A stretch of DNA of 64,000 nucleotides from Kofleriaceae bacterium. GTDB taxonomy: Bacteria; Myxococcota_A; Polyangia; Haliangiales; Haliangiaceae. Where the stretch lies: positions 1-64,000 of the forward strand of contig JBKJLC010000222.1 in the NCBI GenBank assembly GCA_046597055.1, written 5' to 3'. Numbering within the stretch: position 1 is the first letter of the stretch; every line of letters starts with the position of its first letter. Below, piece after piece: positions 1 through 8,409 of the stretch. Below the pieces are notes generated by a model. It saw nothing but the letters and a program-made list of their open reading frames with translations, searched no databases and had not been told where the DNA came from. The position numbers and the translations under genes were made by a program.

Positions 1-59
1 TGCTCTCGATCATCGTCGGGATCGCCTGGGGCCTGCCGCTGATCGCCGCGCTGGCCTGA
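1..59 (+). CDS. 3' end of a membrane protein CDS entering from the left (..LSIIVGIAWGLPLIAALA*)
   Basis: Open frame from base 3 with GC3-rich codons, hydrophobic C-terminus, TGA at 57-59. Confidence 0.55.
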   Translation, partial: LSIIVGIAWGLPLIAALA

Positions 60-170
60 GCCGAGCGAAGCGAGGCGGCTCTGCTCCGTACAGATCGGGC
101 GCGGGCTCCGGCCCGCGCCCGATCGAAAGGGAGGGTGGGAAGCGAATGCTTCACAGCCTCTGAGCTTCCG
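60..170. terminator. Hairpin-rich intergenic element between convergent genes (REP-like or bidirectional terminator)
   Basis: Perfect 14-bp stem GATCGGGCGCGGGC-tccg-GCCCGCGCCCGATC (93-124), flanked by GAGCGAAGCGAG and a GAAGC-gaat-GCTTC hairpin; no U-tract. Confidence 0.5.
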
Positions 171-179
171 GGCGGCGCG

Positions 180-767
180 TCAGCCGACCAGCAGCACGCC
201 GAGGAAGCGCTCGGGCGGCATCAGCTGGCGCAGCGCGAGCAGCGCGTCCTCGTGGGTGGCGTGGGCGCGCCCGACCAGGACCACCGCGTCCATGCACGCC
301 GCCGCGCTGGCGTGCTCGCCGATCAGCTCGAAGCCGGTCAGGTCGCACAGCGTGTGGGCGAACAGCTCGCCGCCCTCGATCAGCAGCCGGGCCAGCGACG
401 GCACGACCTCCCCGGCGCGCTCGACCTTGGCCGGCGTGAGCAGCGCGAGCGAGCCGGCCAGCCACCGGGTCGAGAACACCTTCGACGGCGCCGCCTCGGA
501 CGCCGCCTTCGCCAGCCCCGGGTAGCGCACGTTGGCGTCGACCACCGCGATGGTCGCCCCGGTCAGGTCACACAGCGCCGCGCCGATCTGGATGACGACC
601 GGCGGCACCGCGACCCGCGCGTCGGTGGGCACGAAGCCGATCACGCGGGACCGGCTGGCCTGGATGCGCTGCGCGACCCGGATGCACGCGGTGCGCACCT
701 CGGGCAGGTGCTGGTCGGTCGCCAGGTCGATGCCCAGCTCCGACAGCAGCGCGTCGTCGTCGGCCAC
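180..767 (-). CDS. Degenerate CpsD/CapB (BY-kinase-like) P-loop domain protein, polysaccharide export associated
   Basis: Layout 'RVIGFV...GAAL..LTGATIAVVDANVRYPGL...CMDAVVLVGRAHAT...FLGVLL' parallels BY-kinase Walker A' and C-terminal motifs; Walker A GKS/T absent; divergent from a GT4 gene. Confidence 0.6.
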   Translation of the reverse strand: MADDDALLSELGIDLATDQHLPEVRTACIRVAQRIQASRSRVIGFVPTDARVAVPPVVIQIGAALCDLTGATIAVVDANVRYPGLAKAASEAAPSKVFSTRWLAGSLALLTPAKVERAGEVVPSLARLLIEGGELFAHTLCDLTGFELIGEHASAAACMDAVVLVGRAHATHEDALLALRQLMPPERFLGVLLVG

Positions 768-921
768 GCATCACCATAGACGCGACCGCAGCGCGGCGCC
801 ACCGCCGGCCAGGCTCAGCAGGCGGCGTTCAACCAGGTGTCGCGGTTGGGCAGCGCGCCGGCGGGCACGCCCGAGCGGGCCGACCTTGCGCGTCGACGCA
901 CCGGCGCGGTACCCAGGCGAC

Positions 922-2055
922 GTGATCATCGTCCACGTGCTGTCCTCGTTCGGCGTCGGTGGCCAGGAGCGCGTGGCCCTCGACCTCGCCGCCGGGCAGG
1001 TCCAGCGGGGACACAAGGTCGTCGTGGTGTCGCTGGCGCCGCCGCCCGAGGGGCCGCTCGCCGAGGAGTTTCGCGCCGCCGGGGTCGAGGTCGTCACCGT
1101 CGCCAAGGGGCCGGGCACCGACCTCACGCTGTGGCCGCGGCTGACCTGGGCGTTCCGGAGCCGCCGCGCGGACCTCGTCCACACCCACAACCCGCTACCC
1201 CTCATTTATGGCGCGCCCGCCGCGCGCGCGGCCGGCGCGGCGGCGATCCACACCAAGCACGGCATCAACCCGGGCTCGCGCGGGCACCGGATCTTGCGCC
1301 GGCAGGCCGCCAAGCTGGTGAGCTCGTTCGTCGCGGTGTCGACCGTGACAGCCCAGCAGGCCCGCACGCTCCACGACACCCCGGCGTCGCGGCTGGTCGT
1401 GATCACCAACGGCATCCGGCTCGAGCGGTTCGCGCCCGACGCGGTCGCGCGCGCCGCGGTCCGCACCGAGCTCGGCATCAGCGCCGACGCGGTGGTGGTC
1501 GGGACGGTCGGCCGCATCGACGAGTTCAAGAACCAGACGCTGCTGGTCGCGGCGATGGCGCCGCTGCTCGGGCCCGAGGTCCACCTGGTCCTGGTCGGCG
1601 ACGGGCCGACCCGGGCCGGGCTCGAGACCGCGGTGGCCGCGTTGCCCGCCGCGAGCTCGGTCCACGTGCTGGGCCGGCGCATGGACGTCGCGCGGCTGCT
1701 GCCGGCGTTCGACATCTTCGGTCTGTCGTCGAAGAGCGAGGGCCTGCCGCTGGTGGTGCCCGAGGCGATGGCCGCGGGGCTGCCGGTGGTGTCGACCGCG
1801 GTCGGCGGCATCCCGGCGGTGGTCGACGACGGCCGTACCGGCTACCTCACCAGCGTCGACGAGCGCGAGCTGCGGGAGCGGCTGCGCCAGCTGATCGCCG
1901 ATCCGGCCCGGGCCCGGGCGATGGGCCTCCTCGCCCGCGAGGTCGCGCTGGCGCGCTACTCGGCCGACCGGATGCTCGACGATTACATGGCGCTGTACGA
2001 GCGCGCGGTCCACGAGCAGCGCCGCGGCGGGCAGGCCCGGGTCACCTCCGGCTGA
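922..2055 (+). CDS. Glycosyltransferase family 4 (GT-B)
   Basis: IVHVLSSFGVGGQERV N-terminus, ITNGI, GTVGRIDEFKNQ, SKSEGLPLVVPEAMAAGLPVVST (EX7E); GTG 922 chosen over the ORF-track start at 532. Confidence 0.92.
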   Translation: MIIVHVLSSFGVGGQERVALDLAAGQVQRGHKVVVVSLAPPPEGPLAEEFRAAGVEVVTVAKGPGTDLTLWPRLTWAFRSRRADLVHTHNPLPLIYGAPAARAAGAAAIHTKHGINPGSRGHRILRRQAAKLVSSFVAVSTVTAQQARTLHDTPASRLVVITNGIRLERFAPDAVARAAVRTELGISADAVVVGTVGRIDEFKNQTLLVAAMAPLLGPEVHLVLVGDGPTRAGLETAVAALPAASSVHVLGRRMDVARLLPAFDIFGLSSKSEGLPLVVPEAMAAGLPVVSTAVGGIPAVVDDGRTGYLTSVDERELRERLRQLIADPARARAMGLLAREVALARYSADRMLDDYMALYERAVHEQRRGGQARVTSG

Positions 2056-2098
2056 ATCCACCCGCGGAACCCGCGAGGGGGTGCGCTACAGTGCCGCG

Positions 2099-2500
2099 GT
2101 GCAGCTCACGCAGACGCTCTCCCCCGCACAGGTCGACGAGCTGCTCGCGCTGTACCACGACGTCTGGTGGGCACAGGGTCGGGCCAAGCCCGACGTCGAG
2201 GCCATGCTGCACGGCTGCCTGCCGTTCGCGCTGATCGACGACGACGGCCATCTCGGCGGGTTCGCGCGGGTGGTGACCGACGGCGTCTACAAGGCGACCG
2301 TGTACGACGTGATCGTCGCGCCCGCCCATCGGGGCACCGGCATGGGCCAGCGCCTGCTCGACGCCGTGATGGAGCATCCGCGGATCGAGGCGTGTCGTCA
2401 CGTCGAGCTGCAGTGCAAGCCGGACCTGGTCGACTTCTACGCGCGCTGGGAGTTCGCCGAGGTCACCGGCATCGTCTACATGCGGCGCTCGCGGCCGTAA
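2099..2500 (+). CDS. GNAT family N-acetyltransferase
   Basis: GFARVVTDG..ATVYDVIVAPAHRGTGMGQRLL acetyl-CoA motif, FYARWEF; TACAGT 6 nt upstream of GTG. Confidence 0.9.
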   Translation: MQLTQTLSPAQVDELLALYHDVWWAQGRAKPDVEAMLHGCLPFALIDDDGHLGGFARVVTDGVYKATVYDVIVAPAHRGTGMGQRLLDAVMEHPRIEACRHVELQCKPDLVDFYARWEFAEVTGIVYMRRSRP

Positions 2501-2529
2501 CCGGGCCGACCCCGTCGATCACGGGCCGG

Positions 2530-3306
2530 TCACGGGATGCCGGCGTCGGCCACGCCGCGCAGGCCGAGCGCGCCGAGCTCCGCGCGCACCGCCGCCATGA
2601 ACCGCGGGCCCGGATCGGCCTTGCGGTTGCGATAGGCCGGATCGCGCTCGACGAACCACGCCGTGCCGTCGAGCGCGCGGACCTCGTGGTGACCGACCAG
2701 CACGGCGATCGGGTGGCGCGCCGCCAGCTCGCGGATCAGCGCTACGTTGGCCGCGACCTGGGCGTCGGTGAGCGGCCAGCGCCGCTCGTCGCCGACGTTC
2801 TCGACGCCGAGCGCCAGGTGGTTGACGCCGATCGTGTGGCGACCCATGCGGGTCTCGGGCATGAGTCGGTAGATCGTCCCGTCGCGGTCGACCAGAAAGT
2901 GAGCCGAGACGTTGACCTTGCCGCCGGCGCGCAGCTGGGCGCGCGCGGCCTCGAGCTGCGGCCGGTCGAAGTAGGCCTTGGTCGCCTGGGCCGATCCGCC
3001 AGCGGTGTAGTGCAACACGATCATGCGCGGGGTGATCGTGGTGTCGACCGCATCGGGATCGACGTGGGCGCGGCGGTAGGCCAGCATCGCGGCGTCGCGC
3101 GCCGGCGGCCAGGCGATCGGCCAGTCGACGATCGCGGGGCCGGACCGGTCGGCGCCCGCCGCGTCGATCGGGGCCGTGGCGTCGAGCCCGGCCGCGACCG
3201 CCGCGTCGCGTGTCCGCGGTCCGGACACCTCGACCGCCGGCTCGGTCGCCGCGCCGCGGCCGCAGGCCGCCACGGTCAGCAGCCACACGAGCGGGCAGCG
3301 GCGCAC
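2530..3306 (-). CDS. N-acetylmuramoyl-L-alanine amidase (Amidase_2), lipoprotein
   Basis: IVLHYT, SAHFLVDRDGTIYRL, HTIGVN, GVENVG, GHHE, K.DPG motifs; lipobox VAAC after GTG 3306. Confidence 0.88.
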   Translation of the reverse strand: MRRCPLVWLLTVAACGRGAATEPAVEVSGPRTRDAAVAAGLDATAPIDAAGADRSGPAIVDWPIAWPPARDAAMLAYRRAHVDPDAVDTTITPRMIVLHYTAGGSAQATKAYFDRPQLEAARAQLRAGGKVNVSAHFLVDRDGTIYRLMPETRMGRHTIGVNHLALGVENVGDERRWPLTDAQVAANVALIRELAARHPIAVLVGHHEVRALDGTAWFVERDPAYRNRKADPGPRFMAAVRAELGALGLRGVADAGIP

Positions 3307-3331
3307 GCACCAAAGGTAGCGCGGCCCGGGC

Positions 3332-5824
3332 TCACTTCCAGAAGCCGCGCCGCTTCGGGGCCGGGGCGCCACCTCCGCCGGTGCCACCGGCGCCCGCCCG
3401 CAGCGCCCGCAGCTCGGTCGCGACGCCCGCGAGCGTGGCCGCGAGGCCGGCGCCGGCGAGCGCGGCGCGCAGGCGGTCGAGCAGCGGGTGCAGCTGCTGC
3501 GCGAGGTCGGTGAGGCCGACCGTGCGCAGGTCCTCGATCAGCTCGGCCAGGCGGGCGACCGGCAGCTGGGCGGCGCTGGCCGGCACCGTCGCGGCCGCGG
3601 CCCGTGCGAGGTCGTCGACGATCGTCGCCAGGCGCTTCTGGTACGGCGCCGGGTCGATGCTCGCGGCCGGCTCAGGTGCGGCGTCGCGTCCGTCGAACGC
3701 CGAGCGCCCCTTCATCATGAAGGGCGGCGGCGGCGGGCCCGCGGCAGCCGAAGGGGCCCGGACACCGGTGCTCTCGCGCTTGCGCTGGCCGCTGGCCGCC
3801 GGCGGGGCGACCTGCGGCGCGCTCATCATCGGTGGCGACATCGGCGCGGGCGCCGGCGACGCCGGCATCCCCAGCGAGAAGGCCATCGTCTTCTGCGCCA
3901 TGCGGGGGGCGCCCGGCGGCGTCCCGCCCGAGCGGCGGGCGTCCCAGCCTGCTGGCAGCTCGACCGGCTGCACGATCGAGCGGGGATCACCGCCCGGGTT
4001 GACCACCTGGCTCCGATCGACCGCGACGAACGCAGTGAAGCGCGACAGCACCCGGTGGCGCAGCGACGTGCGCACGATCGCCTGCTCGAGGGTCGGCGGG
4101 TCGCCAGCGGCGGCCGCGTACTGATCCTCGAGGTCGCGGATGTGAGCGCGGGCCCAGGCCGCGCCGAGCGCCGCGCCCGGCCGCGCCGAGTCGAGCGTGA
4201 TCCGCTCGACGTGGACGGTCCCGGCTGGCAGCCTGCCGCGGAGCTCGAGGGTCGTCCCCGGCTGCGGCCGACCGCGCCAGCGCACCCGCGCGACCAGCGG
4301 CGCGCCGGCGAACACCGCCGGCAACCGGCGCGGCGCGAGCGTGGTGGGGTCGAGGCCCTCGCCGCTGATCGACAGCTCGACCAGCACGGGCGTCGCCACC
4401 CGGCGGTGCACCTTGGCCATGACCTCGTCGAGGCGGTCCTCGGACTCGACCAGCTCGCACGAGCCGCCGCCGGCCGAGGCCAGCCGGCGCAGGAACGCCG
4501 CGTTGACCGCCTGGTCGATGCCGAGCGTGAAGACGCGGATGTCGCCGAGGCGCGGCGTCAGCCGGCGCAGGATCTCGTCCTCGTTGCCGACCTGACCGTC
4601 GGTGACCAGCACCAGCACGCGATCGCGATCGACGGCGCCGGCGAGCAACCTGGCCGCGGCCTCGAGCGGCGCGGCGAGCTCGGTGCCTCCACGCGCCTCG
4701 ACCCCGGCGAGGAACTCGACCGCGCGGAAGCGATTGCGGTCGGTCGCGTTGACCAGCGCGAGCCCGAGCTCGGCGGGAGCCTCGGTGACGGTGTCGAACG
4801 CGATCACCGTGAAGCGATCGCGCTCGCCGAGCGTGTCGACGATGCGCGCGGCGGCGCGGCGCGCGGCCACCATCTTCCAGCCGCTCATCGAGCCCGAGCG
4901 ATCGATCACGAGCACGACGTCGCGCGGGCGCCCGGCCGCGGCCAGGCCGGCCGGCGGCAGCACCGTGATCGCGACGGTGGCGCCTTCGCCGTCGTCGTCG
5001 AGCGCCCACACCGCGCTGGTGCGCATGACCGCGTCGCCGATGGTCCAGCGCAGGATGAAGTCGCGGTCGAGTCGCTCGCCGGGACGCAGCGCGACCCGCC
5101 ACCCGGTGCCGTCGGGGCGAGCGTCGATCTCGTGCAGGCTCGCGCGCAGGCCGGCGATCGGCAGGCCGGCGCCGTCGATGGAGACCGCGAGCGCGAGCCG
5201 GACCGGGCTCGGGAAGCCCGGCAGCAGCACCGGCGGCGTGATGCGCGACGCGTCGGGCACGCGCTCGGTGTCGGCGCCGACGCCGGCGCCGGCCTGATCG
5301 CCGGGCAGCGGCGCGCCCGGGATGTAGCGGGGCGCGACCACCAGCGGGAACGCGAACGTGACCTCGCCGTCCTCGACCGGCAGCGGCCCGATCGTCGCGA
5401 TCGTGATCAGCGCGCGCTCGCCCGGCATCAGGTTGCCGACCCGCAGGGTGAAGACGCCCGGGCGATCCTCCTCGGCGATCGCGGCGCGATGACCGGCGGC
5501 GATCGCCTGGTCGTAGGTGTCGCGCGCGCGGCCGCGCTCGTCGATGACGCCCTCGATCACGCGTCCGTTCACTTCCATGCGGAACCGATGGACCGCGGCC
5601 CGGTCCGGCAGGGGAAAGACGTAGGTCGCCTCGATCGCCTCGCCGGTGTGATTGAGGAAGGTCTGCCGGATCTCGGTGGTGACCTCGAGGCCGGTGATCC
5701 TGGCCTCGACGTCGAGCTCGGCCAGCGGCAAGCGGCCGCGGGCGGTCTCGAGTGCGCCGAAGCCGCGGTCGGGGCGGCGGTCGAGCGCGAGGTCAGGGTC
5801 GATCGTGCAGGGGAGCGGCAACAT
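3332..5824 (-). CDS. VIT (vault protein inter-alpha-trypsin) + vWA domain protein
   Basis: VIT: QTFLN...IEATYVFPLPDRAAV..F...AAIAEEDRPGVFTLRVGNL; vWA MIDAS DRSGSMSG, LVTDGQVGNE; LSRFTAFVAVD; GGAGG RBS. Confidence 0.92.
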   Translation of the reverse strand: MLPLPCTIDPDLALDRRPDRGFGALETARGRLPLAELDVEARITGLEVTTEIRQTFLNHTGEAIEATYVFPLPDRAAVHRFRMEVNGRVIEGVIDERGRARDTYDQAIAAGHRAAIAEEDRPGVFTLRVGNLMPGERALITIATIGPLPVEDGEVTFAFPLVVAPRYIPGAPLPGDQAGAGVGADTERVPDASRITPPVLLPGFPSPVRLALAVSIDGAGLPIAGLRASLHEIDARPDGTGWRVALRPGERLDRDFILRWTIGDAVMRTSAVWALDDDGEGATVAITVLPPAGLAAAGRPRDVVLVIDRSGSMSGWKMVAARRAAARIVDTLGERDRFTVIAFDTVTEAPAELGLALVNATDRNRFRAVEFLAGVEARGGTELAAPLEAAARLLAGAVDRDRVLVLVTDGQVGNEDEILRRLTPRLGDIRVFTLGIDQAVNAAFLRRLASAGGGSCELVESEDRLDEVMAKVHRRVATPVLVELSISGEGLDPTTLAPRRLPAVFAGAPLVARVRWRGRPQPGTTLELRGRLPAGTVHVERITLDSARPGAALGAAWARAHIRDLEDQYAAAAGDPPTLEQAIVRTSLRHRVLSRFTAFVAVDRSQVVNPGGDPRSIVQPVELPAGWDARRSGGTPPGAPRMAQKTMAFSLGMPASPAPAPMSPPMMSAPQVAPPAASGQRKRESTGVRAPSAAAGPPPPPFMMKGRSAFDGRDAAPEPAASIDPAPYQKRLATIVDDLARAAAATVPASAAQLPVARLAELIEDLRTVGLTDLAQQLHPLLDRLRAALAGAGLAATLAGVATELRALRAGAGGTGGGGAPAPKRRGFWK

Positions 5825-5897
5825 CGGTCCTCCAGGGTGTCGCGGGTGGCGGTGGTCGTGCGGGGTGGCGTGCGCGCGTCGTCGGCGGTGGCGGTGG

Positions 5898-6521
5898 TCA
5901 GATCAGGCGGCGTCGGGCGAGCTCGGCGAGGAGGCCGGCGGCGGCCGCGTGGATCGCGGCGGCGTCGTCCGGGGTGGCGGTGAGGCGGGAGGCGGCGGGG
6001 GTGATGGTGAGCGTGACGCCGGAGGCGAGGGTGAGGTGGAGCTGGGGAAGGAACCGGGGGGCGGCGGGAGCGGCATCGGCATCGGCATCGGCATCGGCAT
6101 CGGCATCGGCATCGGCATCGGCATCGGCATCGGCAGCCGCATCGGCCCCGGCAGTCGTCGGCCCGGTGCGCCAGAAGTCCGTACGCGCGACAGCGCGGCG
6201 CGGCCCCACCACGGCTATGCCGGAGACGTTGGCGAGGTCGGCATCATCGAGCGTCGGGAGGACACGCTGGATCTCGGCGAGCGAGCGGCCGACCGCCTGG
6301 AGCCGTTTGACTGCCACGATCTGCGCCAGGTGCCGAAGTCCGTAGAGCGCCGTCCGGCCCTGAAGCCGGGGGCGGTCGATCAGTCCCAGCGTCGTGTAGT
6401 AGCGGACGCTGCGTTCGTCCGGCACGGCCCTCACCTGCCCGTTTGCGGGTGCCTCATCGGCCGCCAGCGCTTCCCCGACCCTGCGGGTCAGCTCGGCCAG
6501 GTTCCACTGCGAGCCCCTCAT
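5898..6521 (-). CDS. MerR-family HTH transcriptional regulator with (Ala-Asp)10 linker
   Basis: ERSVRYYTTLGLIDRP....ALYGLRHLAQIVAVKRLQAVGRSLAEIQ; directly upstream of and co-oriented with the VIT-vWA gene. Confidence 0.85.
   Translation of the reverse strand: MRGSQWNLAELTRRVGEALAADEAPANGQVRAVPDERSVRYYTTLGLIDRPRLQGRTALYGLRHLAQIVAVKRLQAVGRSLAEIQRVLPTLDDADLANVSGIAVVGPRRAVARTDFWRTGPTTAGADAAADADADADADADADADADADAAPAAPRFLPQLHLTLASGVTLTITPAASRLTATPDDAAAIHAAAAGLLAELARRRLI
6071..6135. repeat. Hexanucleotide microsatellite (CGGCAT)x10 plus a partial copy
   Basis: Ten perfect copies at 6071-6130; encodes in-frame (AD)10 in the MerR protein. Confidence 0.97.
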
Positions 6522-6529
6522 GTTCCCCC

Positions 6530-6558
6530 ACGATGACACTGTCATGTGACACTGTCAA
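6530..6558 (-). promoter_or_regulatory. Sigma70-type promoter (TTGACA-N17-CATCGT) of the MerR/VIT-vWA genes, overlapped by two TGACAnTGTCA palindromes
   Basis: -35 TTGACA 6558-6553; -10 CATCGT 6535-6530, 8 nt before ATG 6521; palindromes at 6534-6544 and 6547-6557; AT-rich tract further upstream. Confidence 0.75.
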
Positions 6559-6595
6559 ATTGGCATCTCAAATACTTGTTATTGTTTGCATCAAA

Positions 6596-6739
6596 GGTGT
6601 CAGACACCCCGTTTGGCGGTCATCGACGCTACAAACCGCGGGTGTCACCCACCCGGACGCCGCGGGTGTCACCCACCCCAAACCGCGGGTGACACCCACC
6701 CGGACGCCGCGGGTGTCACCCACCCGGACGCCGCGGGTG
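6596..6739. repeat. GGTGTC-A-GACACC palindrome plus a tandem array of 23-24 bp units, each containing GGGTG(T/A)CACCC
   Basis: Palindrome 6596-6608; units CCGCGGGTGTCACCCACCCGGACG at 6636, 6660 (variant), 6683 (variant), 6707, and a partial unit at 6731. Confidence 0.9.
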
Positions 6740-6804
6740 GTCCCGATCGCGATCGCCCACGGCGCCGGCCTCGGCGTCGCGGGCCCGTTGGCCCGGCTCG
6801 GCCC

Positions 6805-7740
6805 CTACGCCGCGCGCGGCGTGCGCTTGCGCAGCGCGGCGAGGTGGCCGGCGGCGCGCTCGCGCAGCAGCTCGGCGAGCAGGCCGAGCTCGCGGCCGCG
6901 CGCCGACGACATGCGCCAGACCAGCCCGATGTCACGCCCGGGCGCCGGCGCGACGAACCGGGCCAGCGCGACCTCGCCGTGGCTGGCCAGCGCCGCCGCC
7001 GCCATCTCCGGTAGCAGCGTCACGCCCAGGCCGTTGGCGACCATCTGGACCAGCGTCGGCAGGCTGGTCGCGCGCAGCTCGGCGTGCTCGTGGGCGCCGA
7101 TCGCGTCGCACACCGCCAGCGCCTGCTCGCGCAGACAGTGCCCGTCGTCGAGCAGCAGCATGTGGGCCGCGTCGAGGTCGGACTCGCGCAGGCGCACCCG
7201 CCGCGCCAGCGGGTGGTCGGGCGGGGTCGCGACCACGAAGTCCTCGCGATACAGCGACACCGCCGCGAGATCGCCCTGCACCGGCAGCGCCAGCACGGCG
7301 GCGTCGAGCCGGCCGTCATCGAGCAGCGCGAGCACCTGCGCGGTCCGCTCCTCGCGCAGCGCCAGCCGTAGGCGCGGGTACGCGATGCGCACCGCCGGCA
7401 GCACGATCGGCAGCATGTAGGGCGCGATGGTCGGGATCACGCCAAGCCGCAGCGTGCCGGTCAGCGGCTGGGCCAGCGCGTTGGCCGAGTCGACCACCGC
7501 CTCGGCCGCTGCCAGCGCCGCGCGGGCGCGCGCGACGATCTCGGCGCCGATCGCGGTGATCAGCACCTGGCGCCGGTCGCGCTCGAAGATCTGGACGCCG
7601 AGCAGAGACTCGAGCTGCGACAGCTGGGCCGACAGCGCCGGCTGGGTCACCGCACAGGCGGTCGCCGCCTTGCGGAAGCTGCGGTGATCGGCGATCCCGA
7701 CGACATATTCGAGCTGGCGGAGGGTCAGTGGCAGGGACAT
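6805..7740 (-). CDS. oxyR: Hydrogen peroxide-inducible LysR regulator OxyR
   Basis: LysR HTH (TLRQLEY..SFRKAA..C.VTQPALS), LGVIPTIAPY, GHCLREQALAVC with both redox Cys, ATSLPTLVQMV; divergent from ahpC. Confidence 0.93.
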   Translation of the reverse strand: MSLPLTLRQLEYVVGIADHRSFRKAATACAVTQPALSAQLSQLESLLGVQIFERDRRQVLITAIGAEIVARARAALAAAEAVVDSANALAQPLTGTLRLGVIPTIAPYMLPIVLPAVRIAYPRLRLALREERTAQVLALLDDGRLDAAVLALPVQGDLAAVSLYREDFVVATPPDHPLARRVRLRESDLDAAHMLLLDDGHCLREQALAVCDAIGAHEHAELRATSLPTLVQMVANGLGVTLLPEMAAAALASHGEVALARFVAPAPGRDIGLVWRMSSARGRELGLLAELLRERAAGHLAALRKRTPRAA

Positions 7741-7742
7741 CG

Positions 7743-7780
7743 ATAGCCGCAGGTTATCACGCCCATTGTTTTCAGCACAT
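7743..7780. promoter_or_regulatory. Probable OxyR binding site
   Basis: ATAG-N7-TTAT-N7-ATTG-N8-ACAT resembles the OxyR consensus ATAG-N7-CTAT-N7-ATAG-N7-CTAT; lies between oxyR and ahpC. Confidence 0.7.
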
Positions 7781-7862
7781 TGAACGATCAGGCCGAGAAC
7801 CCCATAACGAACTCCATCAACCACCGCGTGCGGCCCGCCGCACGCCCCCGAGGAGTTTCTTG

Positions 7863-8402
7863 ATGCTCACCATCGGCGACCGCTTCCCTGCATTCTCGGC
7901 CAAGGCCGTGGTCTCGAACGATCCCAACAAGGCCTTCGTCGACCTCGACGACCGCGCTTACGAGGGCAAGTGGAAGGTCTACTTCTTCTGGCCCAAGGAC
8001 TTCACCTTCGTGTGTCCGACCGAGATCGCCGGCTTCGGCAAGCTCGACCGTGACTTCCGCGATCGCGACACCCAGCTGCTCGGGGTGTCGACCGACAACG
8101 AGTTCGTCCACCTGGCGTGGCGCTCTCAGCACCCCGACCTCAAGGAGCTGCCGTTCCCGATGGTCTCGGATCTGCGCCGCGACCTGTCGACCGCGCTCGG
8201 CGTGCTCGATCCCAACGAGGGCGTGGCCCGGCGCGCGACCTTCGTCGTCGATCCCAGCGGCATCATCCGCTTCGTCGAGGTCACCGACATGAACGTCGGC
8301 CGCAACCCGGCCGAGGTCCTGCGCGTCCTGGACGCCCTGCAGACCGACGAGCTGTGTCCGTGCAACTGGCAGAAGGGCCAGAGCACGCTCAACGCGGCGT
8401 GA
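7863..8402 (+). CDS. ahpC: Alkyl hydroperoxide reductase C (2-Cys peroxiredoxin)
   Basis: FFWPKDFTFVCPTEI and LCPCNW motifs; AGGAG RBS before ATG 7863. Confidence 0.97.
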   Translation: MLTIGDRFPAFSAKAVVSNDPNKAFVDLDDRAYEGKWKVYFFWPKDFTFVCPTEIAGFGKLDRDFRDRDTQLLGVSTDNEFVHLAWRSQHPDLKELPFPMVSDLRRDLSTALGVLDPNEGVARRATFVVDPSGIIRFVEVTDMNVGRNPAEVLRVLDALQTDELCPCNWQKGQSTLNAA

Positions 8403-8409
8403 GGAGCTC

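Noticed and set aside
5652..6536. ORFs with (IG)n, (SA)n or (MP)n repeats
   Set aside because: Alternative readings of the CGGCAT microsatellite; only the MerR frame carries a recognisable domain
6636..6739. Possible mini CRISPR array
   Set aside because: Sequences between the palindromes are near-identical and only 12-13 bp; no unique spacers; no cas genes in the window
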